DNA from: Chlamydiota bacterium
GTDB lineage: Bacteria; Chlamydiota; Chlamydiia; Chlamydiales; SM23-39
Assembly: GCA_031423235.1 (NCBI GenBank)
Contig: JANPFC010000072.1
Span: 53 to 64,052, forward strand
Direction of reading: 5' to 3'
DNA: 64,000 bases
Notes under the pieces: generated by a model
Seen by the model: only the letters and a program-made list of their open reading frames with translations
What the model was told of the DNA's origin: nothing
Databases searched by the model: none
Shown: positions 28,468 to 38,001 of the stretch, in pieces
Layout of the letters: every line of letters begins with the position of its first letter
Numbering within the stretch: the stretch's first letter is position 1
Program-made: the position numbers and the translations under genes

Positions 28468-28965
28468 ATGAAAACTCCAATACCCATTTTTCGTACTGGC
28501 ATTGGCCAAGACAGCCACCGCTTCTTGCCTGCCGGATCGTCTAAACCATGCATCGTTGCGGGTGTGATTTTCGACGGAGTTCCAGGTCTGGATGCAGATT
28601 CAGACGGGGATGTCGCCTATCACGCTATTTGCAATGCAATCACATCTCTATCGGGCGTGCCCATCTTGGGCGGGATCGCTCGCGATCTTTGCCGCAAGGA
28701 CGGGATCACCGATAGCCAGGTGTATCTAGAAAAAGCGCTGAAGACTTTAGGTAAGCAAAGTATTGTCCATGTGGCTTTGAGCATCGAAGGGAAGCGACCC
28801 TATTTTGAAGAGCAGATTATGGAGATGAAGAAGAGGATCGCATCGGTTCTGAACATCAAACCATCTGCCGTGGGAATTACTGCAACATCTGGCGATGGTC
28901 TGACCGACTTTGGCTGCGGCGATGGCTTGCAGTGTTTCTGCATCATGACCACCGTCGAAGCTTGA
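28468..28965 (+). CDS. ispF: 2-C-methyl-D-erythritol 2,4-cyclodiphosphate synthase
   Basis: Start at MKTPIPIFRTGIGQDSHRF. Contains the DSDGDVAYHA motif. Confidence 0.85.
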   Translation: MKTPIPIFRTGIGQDSHRFLPAGSSKPCIVAGVIFDGVPGLDADSDGDVAYHAICNAITSLSGVPILGGIARDLCRKDGITDSQVYLEKALKTLGKQSIVHVALSIEGKRPYFEEQIMEMKKRIASVLNIKPSAVGITATSGDGLTDFGCGDGLQCFCIMTTVEA

Positions 28966-28984
28966 GTCTATTGTAGCTAGCCAA

Positions 28985-29306
28985 TTATACCGTTCGTGAT
29001 CCAGGATCGGGAAAATATTTATTACCACCCGCGAACAGGGTTCGCTAGAGATCACAGAGCTCACAGAGGAAGAGCGTAGCCTCAAGAGAAAAATCTATTG
29101 GGGCTGCAATAGATGTTCATCGAACTCTTGAACCAGAGCTTTTGGAATCTGCGCATGAACTGCATCTTCGAAAACTGAAAATTGAAAGTCAAAGGGGTGC
29201 CGATTTAGAATTTAACCCTACTCTGTGGGCTCTGTGATCTCTAGCGAACCCTGTTCGCGGGTGGTAATAAATATTTATCCCGATTCTTGGATCACGAACG
29301 GTATAA
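28985..29306. mobile_element. MITE-like element: ~85-bp near-identical terminal inverted repeats around a ~150-bp core
   Basis: Left arm 28985-29068 (TTATACCGTTCGTGATCCAGGATCGGG...GATCACAGAGCTCACAGAG) is the near-perfect reverse complement of right arm 29221-29306. Confidence 0.6.
29049..29237 (+). pseudogene. Startless remnant of a GxxExxY-family (PD-(D/E)XK-like) gene
   Basis: The open frame reads ...SIGAAIDVHRTLEPELLESAHELHLRKLKIESQRGADLEFN... This matches the N-terminal consensus I recall for GxxExxY proteins (IGAAIEVHRxLGPGLLESxYE...L...G). There is no start codon and the frame is truncated after about 60 codons. Confidence 0.45.
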
Positions 29307-29342
29307 ACAGTCATTTATAGAGAGGAATCGATCGAGGAATCG

Positions 29343-29381
29343 ATTAAAAACAAAGAAAATCAATCGGTCGGTCGATTGATT
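29343..29381 (-). terminator. Putative terminator of the cysJ-like gene
   Basis: AATCAATCG-6 nt-CGATTGATT hairpin, followed on the minus strand by TTCTTTGTTTTT. Confidence 0.45.
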
Positions 29382-29414
29382 TCTGTAGGTACTTTATTTT
29401 GAGTCGCTTGCGAT

Positions 29415-30464
29415 TTAGTAGACGTCTAGGAGGTAGCGCTTTTCTAGACGAAGCGATTTGATGAATTTGCGGGCGTCTTCTTCCCCCATGGAGCCCTCTT
29501 CATGGGCTATCTGCTGCAGAGCCGCATCGACGTCTTTGGCCATTTGGTCCGCATCGCCGCATACATAGATATGGCACCCTTCTTGGATCCATTCCCAGAT
29601 CGTCTTCTTTTGCTCGAGCATTTTATGCTGCACATAGATTTTTTCCGCTTGATCGCGTGAAAAGGCTGTATCGAGTCTGATGCGCCCTTGTTTTTCGAGG
29701 TCGGTCCAGTAGTCTCCATAGTAGAAATCTGTGGCCCGATTTCTTTCGCCAAAAAAGATCCAATTGCGGCCGTCAGCCTGAGTTGCCATCCGCTCTTGAA
29801 TGAAGGCGCGGTAAGGGGCGATGCCTGTGCCGGGGCCAATAAGGATAATGGAGGTGTTGGGGTCTGTGGGCAGCGTGAAGTGGTTTGATGGTTGGACGTA
29901 GATCGGAATGGGGGTCGATTCAATCTCTGCTTGCTCGCAGAGGAAATGGCTTCCTACGCCGAGGAGCATATGGCCATTGAGGATGGTGCTAGAGAAAGCA
30001 ACTGTGAGATGGATTTCTCCCGGATAGACTTTGGGTGATGAGGCGATCGAATAGAAGCGGGGCATGAGAGGGAGAAGAATTTTGCAAAGCTCATTCGGGC
30101 TTGGTTGATGGTGCTCGATTAGTTCGATGAGCGGAGAGGTCGTTTTTTCAACATTGTAGAGCTTGTGGAAGGAGACTTTGCTGATGTTAGCCCTGTGCTG
30201 GAGCGTTTCTCTGAAAGTGTGGGTTGTGTTGGAGCGGGTGTCGAAAATCTCCTCGTCTCCTGTTGCGTGGAGTTTTTTTATGATCTCTTCTACTGTTTTT
30301 AGATCATTCGTAGGCAGTACGGCGATGCTGTCCCCGACTTTGAAGCTCAAAGAGGGATCCGCCACATCGATAACGATGTGGTAGGTCTTTTTGGACGAGC
30401 CAGGTTTTGTAAGAAGGGCTCTCTCCTTGATCCGTGCTATGTATGGGTGGGTTCTAGAATACAT
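29415..30464 (-). CDS. FAD/NAD(P)H-binding oxidoreductase, CysJ/CPR C-terminal (FNR-like) domain only
   Basis: Motifs RFYSIASSP, GPGTGIAPYRAF, YVCGDADQMAKDV and a C-terminal RYLLDVY. No flavodoxin/FMN domain. Confidence 0.8.
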   Translation of the reverse strand: MYSRTHPYIARIKERALLTKPGSSKKTYHIVIDVADPSLSFKVGDSIAVLPTNDLKTVEEIIKKLHATGDEEIFDTRSNTTHTFRETLQHRANISKVSFHKLYNVEKTTSPLIELIEHHQPSPNELCKILLPLMPRFYSIASSPKVYPGEIHLTVAFSSTILNGHMLLGVGSHFLCEQAEIESTPIPIYVQPSNHFTLPTDPNTSIILIGPGTGIAPYRAFIQERMATQADGRNWIFFGERNRATDFYYGDYWTDLEKQGRIRLDTAFSRDQAEKIYVQHKMLEQKKTIWEWIQEGCHIYVCGDADQMAKDVDAALQQIAHEEGSMGEEDARKFIKSLRLEKRYLLDVY

Positions 30465-30521
30465 TTCTATAGACAGGGGTTAAAAAAAAAGTTAGATTGA
30501 GGGAAAAGGAAGCTACGATCC

Positions 30522-30671
30522 ATGCGAACTCTGTTTTTAATCTGTTTATGTCTCATCTCTAGCGCCTGTAATACCAATGGCGACTCCACTCATCATAGGA
30601 GCTACGTCATTTCAAAATCTACCGAAACAGTCGAAGATTCTGAATCGATTATTGAGTCGCCGGCGGAGTAA
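30522..30671 (+). CDS. Possible 49-aa lipoprotein ORF (not on the track)
   Basis: [16 protein letters not shown]... (signal peptide plus lipobox-like SSAC), with AAAGGAAG upstream. Its 3' end overlaps the convergent gltX stop by ~23 nt. Confidence 0.25.
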   Translation: MRTLFLICLCLISSACNTNGDSTHHRSYVISKSTETVEDSESIIESPAE

Positions 30672-32166
30672 TCAGGTCTCGGCAATTCTTTTTATCCCAA
30701 GCTTTTTTCAGCTGATCCATTTTCTTGTTCGAAATGCTTCCGAGCATCTCGATTGCACCCATAAGCCTAACTTGCGTCCGGTCTTTGCCAAGAAGCGTAA
30801 CGGAGTCAAATAGAGGCGGCCCTTGCAACTTGCCCATGATTGCGGCAAAGAGGATGGGGATGATCACTTTCTTGTGGTGGAGTCCAAACGCTTCTGCAGA
30901 TTCATGCGAGGCAATTTCGAGCCCTTTGCCGGTCCAGTCTTCCTGTTTGTCCAAGCTCCAGATCATTGTTTGGATCAGGCAGCTAACGGCTTCAGGCGCA
31001 GTTCCCTTGGGACAGAGCATATCGGGTGTGATTTTCAATTCGTTGATGAAGAAGAAGTCGCATAGCTGCATGAAGTCGCCGAATGTTTTGATGCGAGTGT
31101 GGGCAAGCGGCATTAACTTCATCATGAATGTTTCATTGAACTGCCATTCTTGGAGCCGCTTCCAAAGATCATGTTCTGGGATCGTTTCGATGATCCGCTT
31201 CTGGTTGACCCAGTTGAGCTTTTGTATGTCGAAAAACGCTCCTGAAATTCCAATCCGCTTTGGATCGAAATCGCGGATGATCTCATCGAGGGGATAGATC
31301 TCTTTATCTCCTGGCATGCTGTATCCCATCAAAGTGAGGAAGTTGATGAGCGCTTCAGGCAGATATCCGCTGTCGCGGAAATAGAAGATCGAAGTGGGGT
31401 TTTTTCTCTTTGATAGTTTTTTCCCATCTTTGCCTAAAAGGAGGGGCATGTGCATAAAGACGGGAGGCGTCCATCCGAACGCTTCGTAGAGATAGATGTG
31501 TTTCGGCGTCGAGCTCATCCACTCATCTCCCCGGATCACATGGGTGATTTTCATGAGGCGGTCGTCCACGACGTTTGCGAGGTGGTATGTGGGGAAGCCG
31601 TCTGATTTTAAGAGAACTTGGTCGTCGATGTCAGCCCAAGGAACTGTAATGCGGCCTTTGATCTGATCATCATAGACGCATTCGCCTGTAAGGGGGATTT
31701 TCAGGCGGATCACGTAAGGCTGGCCCGCTTCTTCTCTTTCGCGCACTTCTTCAGGGCTGAGGTTCCGGTATCTTCGGTCGTATCCTGCCCGTTTGCCTTG
31801 AGCGGCTGCAACTTCTCTCATTTCTTGGAGTTCTTCAGGCGTTGCAAAACATTTATAGGCGGTTCCCCGTTCGAGGAGCATCTTGGCATGTTCGCGGTAG
31901 ATCTCGGTTCTTTCTGACTGACGGTAGGGGCCATAGGGTCCTCCTACATCGGGACCTTCATCCCAAGTGATTCCGCACCAGTGGAGGGCGTCAAAAATTG
32001 TTTTTTCATACTCGGGTCTGCTGCGCGATTGGTCGGTGTCTTCAATCCGGAGAATGAATGTCCCTTTGAAATGGCGTGCAAAAATTAAATTAAATAAAGC
32101 GATGTAAGCGGTGCCTACATGCGGGTGGCCAGTAGGCGATGGGGCAATTCGAACTCGTACGGTCAT
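30649..32166 (-). CDS. gltX: Glutamyl-tRNA synthetase
   Basis: Start at [21 protein letters not shown] (HIGH-type motif). Contains KLSKR (KMSKS-type motif). Confidence 0.93.
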   Translation of the reverse strand: MTVRVRIAPSPTGHPHVGTAYIALFNLIFARHFKGTFILRIEDTDQSRSRPEYEKTIFDALHWCGITWDEGPDVGGPYGPYRQSERTEIYREHAKMLLERGTAYKCFATPEELQEMREVAAAQGKRAGYDRRYRNLSPEEVREREEAGQPYVIRLKIPLTGECVYDDQIKGRITVPWADIDDQVLLKSDGFPTYHLANVVDDRLMKITHVIRGDEWMSSTPKHIYLYEAFGWTPPVFMHMPLLLGKDGKKLSKRKNPTSIFYFRDSGYLPEALINFLTLMGYSMPGDKEIYPLDEIIRDFDPKRIGISGAFFDIQKLNWVNQKRIIETIPEHDLWKRLQEWQFNETFMMKLMPLAHTRIKTFGDFMQLCDFFFINELKITPDMLCPKGTAPEAVSCLIQTMIWSLDKQEDWTGKGLEIASHESAEAFGLHHKKVIIPILFAAIMGKLQGPPLFDSVTLLGKDRTQVRLMGAIEMLGSISNKKMDQLKKAWDKKNCRDLITPPATQ

Positions 32167-32217
32167 AGAAATCCTCAAAAAAATCGGATTCCATTGTGGC
32201 GATCGGCCGAGTTTTTT

Positions 32218-34158
32218 TCACCTATCTTCAATACTCATCAAGAAAATGAGGTCTTTCATCACGTTATGCGATTCGGCAAGCTGCAGGTCAGTTTGGCCGA
32301 AAATCTCAACTGATTCAGAATCAAAATTCTTTTTTTGCAGCTCTGTCAGAAAGTTTTGGTAATTTTTATTTGAGCTGATTCGGACTCCAGAATTTTTCTT
32401 GAGGACGTCGATATAGGGGACGTAGGTGCTCAATTGGGTCTGTAGGTTGTATTTGTACATCGGCCCAAGCTGGATTCGGTGAAAGGGAGAGATGTCTGAG
32501 AGGTCGTCCTCGAAGTGGGCTTCGATCTGGTCGTTCTCGAGGGGGTATTTCGCAAATTTCTCGCCGATATCAAGCTGAGAAAGGATGCCCGGTATGGCAA
32601 TGTCGGAAAGAACGCCAGTGAGCTGCGGGCTTTTGCCGGAGACTGTGTAATATCTGCCTCTTGTGACTTTGTATTCGCCTTGAGGGTTCACTTTCGGATT
32701 ATTGATCGGATCAAGCGTGAATGTTTGGAAAGATCCTTTGCCGAATGTGTGGTCATCGCCCACAACAACGGCCCTTCCGTAATCTTGTAGAGTTTGTGCA
32801 ACGATCTCAGCAGCGGAAGCGGAAGCGCGGTTGACAAGCACAAAGAGAGGCCCTTCCCAAACAGGTTTCCCATCCACTTCGCGAAGATGCTGCACCTTGC
32901 CGGTGTTGTCTTTGATCGAAACAACGATCCCTTTGTTGATGAAGAGGCCCGTTACGCTCACTGCTTGAGTGAGTAGTCCTCCCGCATTGCTCCGAAGATC
33001 GAGAATGACCCCTTTCAGCTTGTTGTCTTTCTTGATTAGCTCAACGGCTTTGCGGATGTCGGAGGCAGAGGAACTTTTTGGATCTTGATAGAAAGAAAAG
33101 AGTTTTAATGTCGCGATCACGCCGTCGCCGTAGGGCTCAACGCTGCTCTCAAGTCTTGTTTCTTCGAGGACAACTTCGTTGCGGATCAGTTCGATTTCGA
33201 ATTTCTCCGTTTGTTTGTCCTCTCCCTCACCAGTGGTCTCGCGCAAAATGGTCAAAAGGACCGGCGTCCCCTTTTCGCCTCGGATGAGTTCGACCGCTTC
33301 AGTGATATCCATACCAACAACGGGCTCATGATCGACTGCGATGATTTTATCGTTGATTTTGAGTTTATTGCTGTGGCTTGCGGGGCTGTTTTCCAAAATG
33401 CGGGTTACAGTGAGGCCGTCCAGATCGTCGCGCAGCTGCGCTCCGATGCCAAATAATCGCTGCTGAACTTGGATCATGAACTGATTGGCTTCAGTTGGAG
33501 TGAAATAATTGGTGTGGGAATCGAGCGCTGCAGTGGAGGCTTTTAAGAGGAGGCTGAGAGTGATCTTGTGCCGATCCTCTGGCGAGGCTCCGCTCACTTC
33601 CTGCTCCCGGTTTAAGCGGCGCTTCTGGATGCGCTGAAGGAATTTACTTTGGCTCTCATTGCCTAGTTTTTCAGTCGCTTCCAATTGGAGCGCTTTGATT
33701 CTGAGAACCCGATTGACTAAATCTTCGTAGCAAACAGCCCATTCGAGATCTTTGAACTCTTCGCTTTTAACCCCAGTTGGCAACTCTCTTTGAAGAAGAT
33801 CTGCTTCGATGGCGCTCCGTCTTTCAATTGCGACTAAAAATGAGGAATGGATTTCTTGAAAGAGAGAGAAATCGTTGTTCTTAAATCCCGTTAAGCCCCG
33901 TTGGAGGATTGTTTCCGAGGGATTGGTCCAGTCTGCAATCTCGCTTTCTATGAAGTAGGTTTTTGTCGGGTCGAGCTCTTCGAGGAAATTTTGCAGAGAT
34001 CGTTTAATGAGTTCCGGAGTCAGAGCTTTATGGCACACATGGGCCTTCAAAATCTCTTCAACCTTGGTCCTTACGTCCCGAGGGCTTAACTGAGGGGGTT
34101 TCCCCTCGCAAATCGCTATAAAAATGATCAAAAAAAGGAAAAGGCTTCTGCGAATCAT
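32218..34158 (-). CDS. tsp: Tail-specific (C-terminal processing) protease, S41 family
   Basis: Signal peptide, PDZ-like region, and S41 motifs GVILDLRSNAGGLL and ASASAAEIVAQTLQD. Confidence 0.88.
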   Translation of the reverse strand: MIRRSLFLFLIIFIAICEGKPPQLSPRDVRTKVEEILKAHVCHKALTPELIKRSLQNFLEELDPTKTYFIESEIADWTNPSETILQRGLTGFKNNDFSLFQEIHSSFLVAIERRSAIEADLLQRELPTGVKSEEFKDLEWAVCYEDLVNRVLRIKALQLEATEKLGNESQSKFLQRIQKRRLNREQEVSGASPEDRHKITLSLLLKASTAALDSHTNYFTPTEANQFMIQVQQRLFGIGAQLRDDLDGLTVTRILENSPASHSNKLKINDKIIAVDHEPVVGMDITEAVELIRGEKGTPVLLTILRETTGEGEDKQTEKFEIELIRNEVVLEETRLESSVEPYGDGVIATLKLFSFYQDPKSSSASDIRKAVELIKKDNKLKGVILDLRSNAGGLLTQAVSVTGLFINKGIVVSIKDNTGKVQHLREVDGKPVWEGPLFVLVNRASASAAEIVAQTLQDYGRAVVVGDDHTFGKGSFQTFTLDPINNPKVNPQGEYKVTRGRYYTVSGKSPQLTGVLSDIAIPGILSQLDIGEKFAKYPLENDQIEAHFEDDLSDISPFHRIQLGPMYKYNLQTQLSTYVPYIDVLKKNSGVRISSNKNYQNFLTELQKKNFDSESVEIFGQTDLQLAESHNVMKDLIFLMSIEDR

Positions 34159-34532
34159 AAGAACCTGATTATTAGTGATTTTCGTTTAAGCGCAAAACAG
34201 TGACAAAAAACCTCATAACTCAAGAATACCGACTATACCGAAAAGATATACTTTGGTGCTAATCAAATATTTTGAGAACAAGTTATTGATGGTTAAATAT
34301 TTGTAAAATGCATTTCGACATCCCGGAAATAGTTGCTTTCCTTCATCGAAAACGTTTGATTTATAGTCGTTAATATGAAATAATCATTACTTAAAGAACG
34401 AAAATTAAATCAAATGCGCAAATTTGTGGCCTTTTTATAAAAGGATTTTTGTAAAAAAAGCTAAAACGCTAAGGTTTAATGTTTAAGTGTTAGTTAAGAA
34501 AAATGATATTAATTTTTTAGGAGGAAGGAACC

Positions 34533-34973
34533 ATGAATTCGGAAACAGCATGGAGCCAAGCCCAAGGACAAGCTAGAGATTCGGCTAAGGTAGTTTCGAT
34601 TACTGAAGCGGCTAGAATCAATAACGTAACTCGGCAGGCCATCTATGTTGCTATCAAACAAAAGAAGTTGAAAGCAACAAAAGATTCGACACGTTGGACG
34701 ATTCATTTAGATGACTTAGATGAGTACCGAAAGAACAAGTATTCGCGTACAAAGTCTATGTTTGACGGTGAGCTTTTATTTGACAATCGAAAAGGGTATT
34801 ATTCTGTAAATCAAGCAGCGAAATTATTAGGCGTACCGGCTCAGAAGATTTATTACGCAACACGCGTAGGTCTTTTAAAGGCGCATCGCAAAGGTGCAGC
34901 TTGGGTAATTCACACAGAAGATATCAAAGGTTATCAAGATAATTATTTAAATAGCAGACCAAAAGTTGGCTAA
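34533..34973 (+). CDS. euo: Tandem excisionase-type HTH DNA-binding protein, EUO-like by position
   Basis: Two HTH_17-like repeats: SITEAARINNVTRQAIYVAIKQKKLKATKDSTRWTI and YSVNQAAKLLGVPAQKIYYATRVGLLKAHRKGAAWVI. AGGAGG RBS and a long AT-rich upstream region. It sits between gltX/tsp and recJ, as euo does in C. trachomatis (from memory). Confidence 0.55.
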   Translation: MNSETAWSQAQGQARDSAKVVSITEAARINNVTRQAIYVAIKQKKLKATKDSTRWTIHLDDLDEYRKNKYSRTKSMFDGELLFDNRKGYYSVNQAAKLLGVPAQKIYYATRVGLLKAHRKGAAWVIHTEDIKGYQDNYLNSRPKVG

Positions 34974-35046
34974 TTAATGTCTTACATATAGTAATCGCCC
35001 TACACTTGAGATGGGCGATTTTTTGGTCTTAAATTAAAATAATCTT

Positions 35047-37905
35047 TTACCATTTCCAATCGAACCGGATTCCGCCCCGCTGATTGAACAATAGCGTCTT
35101 TTTATCTGCAGACATTTCGGCATTGTACTGAAGATCTAGGCTATAGCACCTATAGGTAATGGCGAGGCCGAAGTTGGCGTTGAAGAGGTTCCAGGTTTCA
35201 TCCCAACCGCGGACTGAAAAAGGGATCGTGGCTCCTGCAAAGGTCGATTTGAGCATAGGGCGCTCCAATGGGGTCATATTGACCCATCCGATGGAAACGA
35301 GGGGGGAAACGCACATGGTTTGGGCGGCATTTGTGTCCTGCACCTGGAGCCCAAGCCCCATTTCCGTCCTCAGCGTCGCATCGGTATGCGCCTCTACCTT
35401 TAGATTCAGCCCATCGGCTTTGCTCTCATCGATTTTATGGGTGTGCAAGTACAGGTAGTCGAGATTCGCGTAAGGGTAGAAGAAGACTTGCGGCGAGCCG
35501 AAGAGGTAGGCAGTCGCTATTTGCCCCATCACGTCTGTGGCTTGGTATTCTGCAGAGGTATGTCTGTCGGTAGTCAAAAATTTTATATGTCTATGGGCGT
35601 CGTAGAAGTCCACGCCAGCCAGGAAGGATCCGCCCAAGTAGAAATTGCCGATTTGCGAATCAAAGTAGATCGCGCCGTATAATCCGCTCACATCGCCGTG
35701 TCCGCGGTGGTCGTGCCAGTCAAGGTGGCTCGTGTTCCAGGCGCCGCCGAATCCCAGCACAAAGTTCTCAAGAATCTGTCCATCGTAGCCGAAAGCCAAG
35801 CCACCCGAATTTGCCTGCGCGCCAATCTCGAGCCCGTGTCTCTTCAAGGTCAAAGAGTTGCCGAAAGGCTCAATCCACATCCTGTTTGGATTGGAGCAGG
35901 CGCAAGGAAGGTAAGGGAGGCGGTGAAAGAGCGATAACAACTGACCATCCATCTCAGCTTGCAGTTCGGTGAAAGCACTATATTGAGCTGGATGCATTTG
36001 ATCTAGCGCATCATTGATGGTGGTAAAGCTTTGACCGATGAAGGTATTGATGATGTTAAAGAGGTCGGGAGAGAGCTGATCCGCTGCATAGAGATCATCG
36101 AAGTTATTGCCAACGGCTGCCGTGTTGGAGTTTGAAAATGGGAAAACAGCAAAGGGTTCAGAAATAACGAGGTGGAGAAACGCATTAGTTGCTGAGTAAG
36201 TTACAGTGGGAGCAAACGCTGGATTTGTGGAGGTGATGGGCGAAAATGTACCAACAAGACCTGTTGAGGTGAGGATCGTGTAGTCAGCGCTAAACCCGTA
36301 AAATCCGGGAGTTGGATTTACAGTTAACGAGCCCCCGATTGTTGCTCCGCTGCTGACAGCGATGTTGTTTGAGCTGACTGGAGCGATATCGATGATTACA
36401 TGGGATCCAGCACCCAGCATCAATGTCCCGTTGACATGTAGGGTTCCCACACTGCTTCCATTTCCTGGCTGTATCGTTCCGATGCTAACTGTAGGACCTA
36501 CAGTTCCTGACCCGGATAAAGTAGCGCCTGCGCTTACATTCAGAGGAGAAGCTGGGATCGAGCCATTGACGATAAGCGTCCCTCCAACGATGTCGGTTGA
36601 GCCCATAAAGCCGGGGCTGGCTCCTGTAATAGTGACTGCACCAGATCCAGTTTTAACTAACTGACTGCCTAAAACTCCAGTGAGAACTCCGCTGTAGGTG
36701 CCGTCGAAGTTTTGGGCGAAATCGAGAACTGAGGAGGCTGTGCTTACGTTGATGGCTCCTTGTAGGCCATTGGTTGTACCAGAAAGTTTGGTGGCGATAG
36801 CGATTGTCGTCCCGCCAGAATAAGTATTTGCTCCGCTAACTCCAGTTCCAAGCAAGGTGACGCTTCCTCCTCCCTGGACAGTTAAAGATCCTGCGCCGCC
36901 AAAAGTTCCAGAAAATATGGGGTCATTACCCCCGGTAGCAATGACAGCGGTTCCTGTGAAGGCGCCTGAGCGTGCGGTATTGACGTTGCCGGTGGTGAGC
37001 AAAGTCGCGCTTCCTATCGTTAGATTGCCGGCAATATTGCCCAAATTGCCGTCGTTCGCGATGCTCAAAGTTCCTGCGCTTATGATCGTACCGCCTTGAT
37101 AGGTATTCGCAGCTGTCAGTTGAAGAATTCCCGAATTAGTTTTTGTCAAAGAGCCAGCCCCGCTGACTACTCCCATTAGTATCGCTGTATTTGGCATCAG
37201 CGGTGCAGCCGACGTCACATCTATGGTGGCGGAAGCAGTGAGTGAAAAGGGGCGCGATGTCCCAATTGAAACGGGAGGAACTAAAGGATTGGTAAAGCGG
37301 AGCGTGCCGTTACTGATCGTTACGGCGGTTGTCAATGGATTGCCTAGATTATTATCAGCGGTAATGCTGAGTATTCCAGCATCGATAATGGTTCCTCCCC
37401 CATACGTATTTGCGGCAGAAAGAACGAGTACTCCAGTACCAGCTTTAGTGAGGCTTTGAGCTCCTCCTGAAATGATCCCCGATATAGTAAAAGGGTTAGT
37501 CGATCCGGTGCCAACAATGAGTGGGCTGCTTAACCCTATATTCGCGAAGATCGTATGGGCTGCACTGCCTATGTTGTTGGTTACTTGAATAAGAGCGCTA
37601 TTGCCAGGAAGGTTTTGTAGAGTGAGAGTTCCTCCAACACCAAGATTAAGCGAGTAGGGGTCGACCGAATCGTACGTTATTGTTCCAACAGTAATCGCCA
37701 CGCCAGTAATTGTAACAGTTCTGTTTGCGACACCGGGTTTATTGAAATCGGCTTCGTCGCCAACTGCATTTGGGACAGTTGTGGGGGGGCCCCAATTGTT
37801 TGGAGTATTCCAATCATTGTCCGTCAAACCGCTCCAAACCGAAGTTGTCGCTAACAGAGAGTTGGCTTGGAGAATTAAGGCAATGAGAGCGCATTTCGAT
37901 TTCAT
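35047..37905 (-). CDS. Autotransporter outer-membrane protein with PATR-type passenger repeats
   Basis: Signal peptide. Repeated LTK(A/T)G(T/S)G.L.L(S/T)AANTY.GGTII.AG.LSI units. C-terminal beta-barrel ending in RFDWKW. Confidence 0.85.
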   Translation of the reverse strand: MKSKCALIALILQANSLLATTSVWSGLTDNDWNTPNNWGPPTTVPNAVGDEADFNKPGVANRTVTITGVAITVGTITYDSVDPYSLNLGVGGTLTLQNLPGNSALIQVTNNIGSAAHTIFANIGLSSPLIVGTGSTNPFTISGIISGGAQSLTKAGTGVLVLSAANTYGGGTIIDAGILSITADNNLGNPLTTAVTISNGTLRFTNPLVPPVSIGTSRPFSLTASATIDVTSAAPLMPNTAILMGVVSGAGSLTKTNSGILQLTAANTYQGGTIISAGTLSIANDGNLGNIAGNLTIGSATLLTTGNVNTARSGAFTGTAVIATGGNDPIFSGTFGGAGSLTVQGGGSVTLLGTGVSGANTYSGGTTIAIATKLSGTTNGLQGAINVSTASSVLDFAQNFDGTYSGVLTGVLGSQLVKTGSGAVTITGASPGFMGSTDIVGGTLIVNGSIPASPLNVSAGATLSGSGTVGPTVSIGTIQPGNGSSVGTLHVNGTLMLGAGSHVIIDIAPVSSNNIAVSSGATIGGSLTVNPTPGFYGFSADYTILTSTGLVGTFSPITSTNPAFAPTVTYSATNAFLHLVISEPFAVFPFSNSNTAAVGNNFDDLYAADQLSPDLFNIINTFIGQSFTTINDALDQMHPAQYSAFTELQAEMDGQLLSLFHRLPYLPCACSNPNRMWIEPFGNSLTLKRHGLEIGAQANSGGLAFGYDGQILENFVLGFGGAWNTSHLDWHDHRGHGDVSGLYGAIYFDSQIGNFYLGGSFLAGVDFYDAHRHIKFLTTDRHTSAEYQATDVMGQIATAYLFGSPQVFFYPYANLDYLYLHTHKIDESKADGLNLKVEAHTDATLRTEMGLGLQVQDTNAAQTMCVSPLVSIGWVNMTPLERPMLKSTFAGATIPFSVRGWDETWNLFNANFGLAITYRCYSLDLQYNAEMSADKKTLLFNQRGGIRFDWKW

Positions 37906-38001
37906 AGATCATCTAGAGATACTATAAATTTGATCACTAGTCAACTCAGACATTGTGCCTAAGTGCAGAAATTAGTAAAAAGGGCTGTGAGGTAGGATGA
38001 G

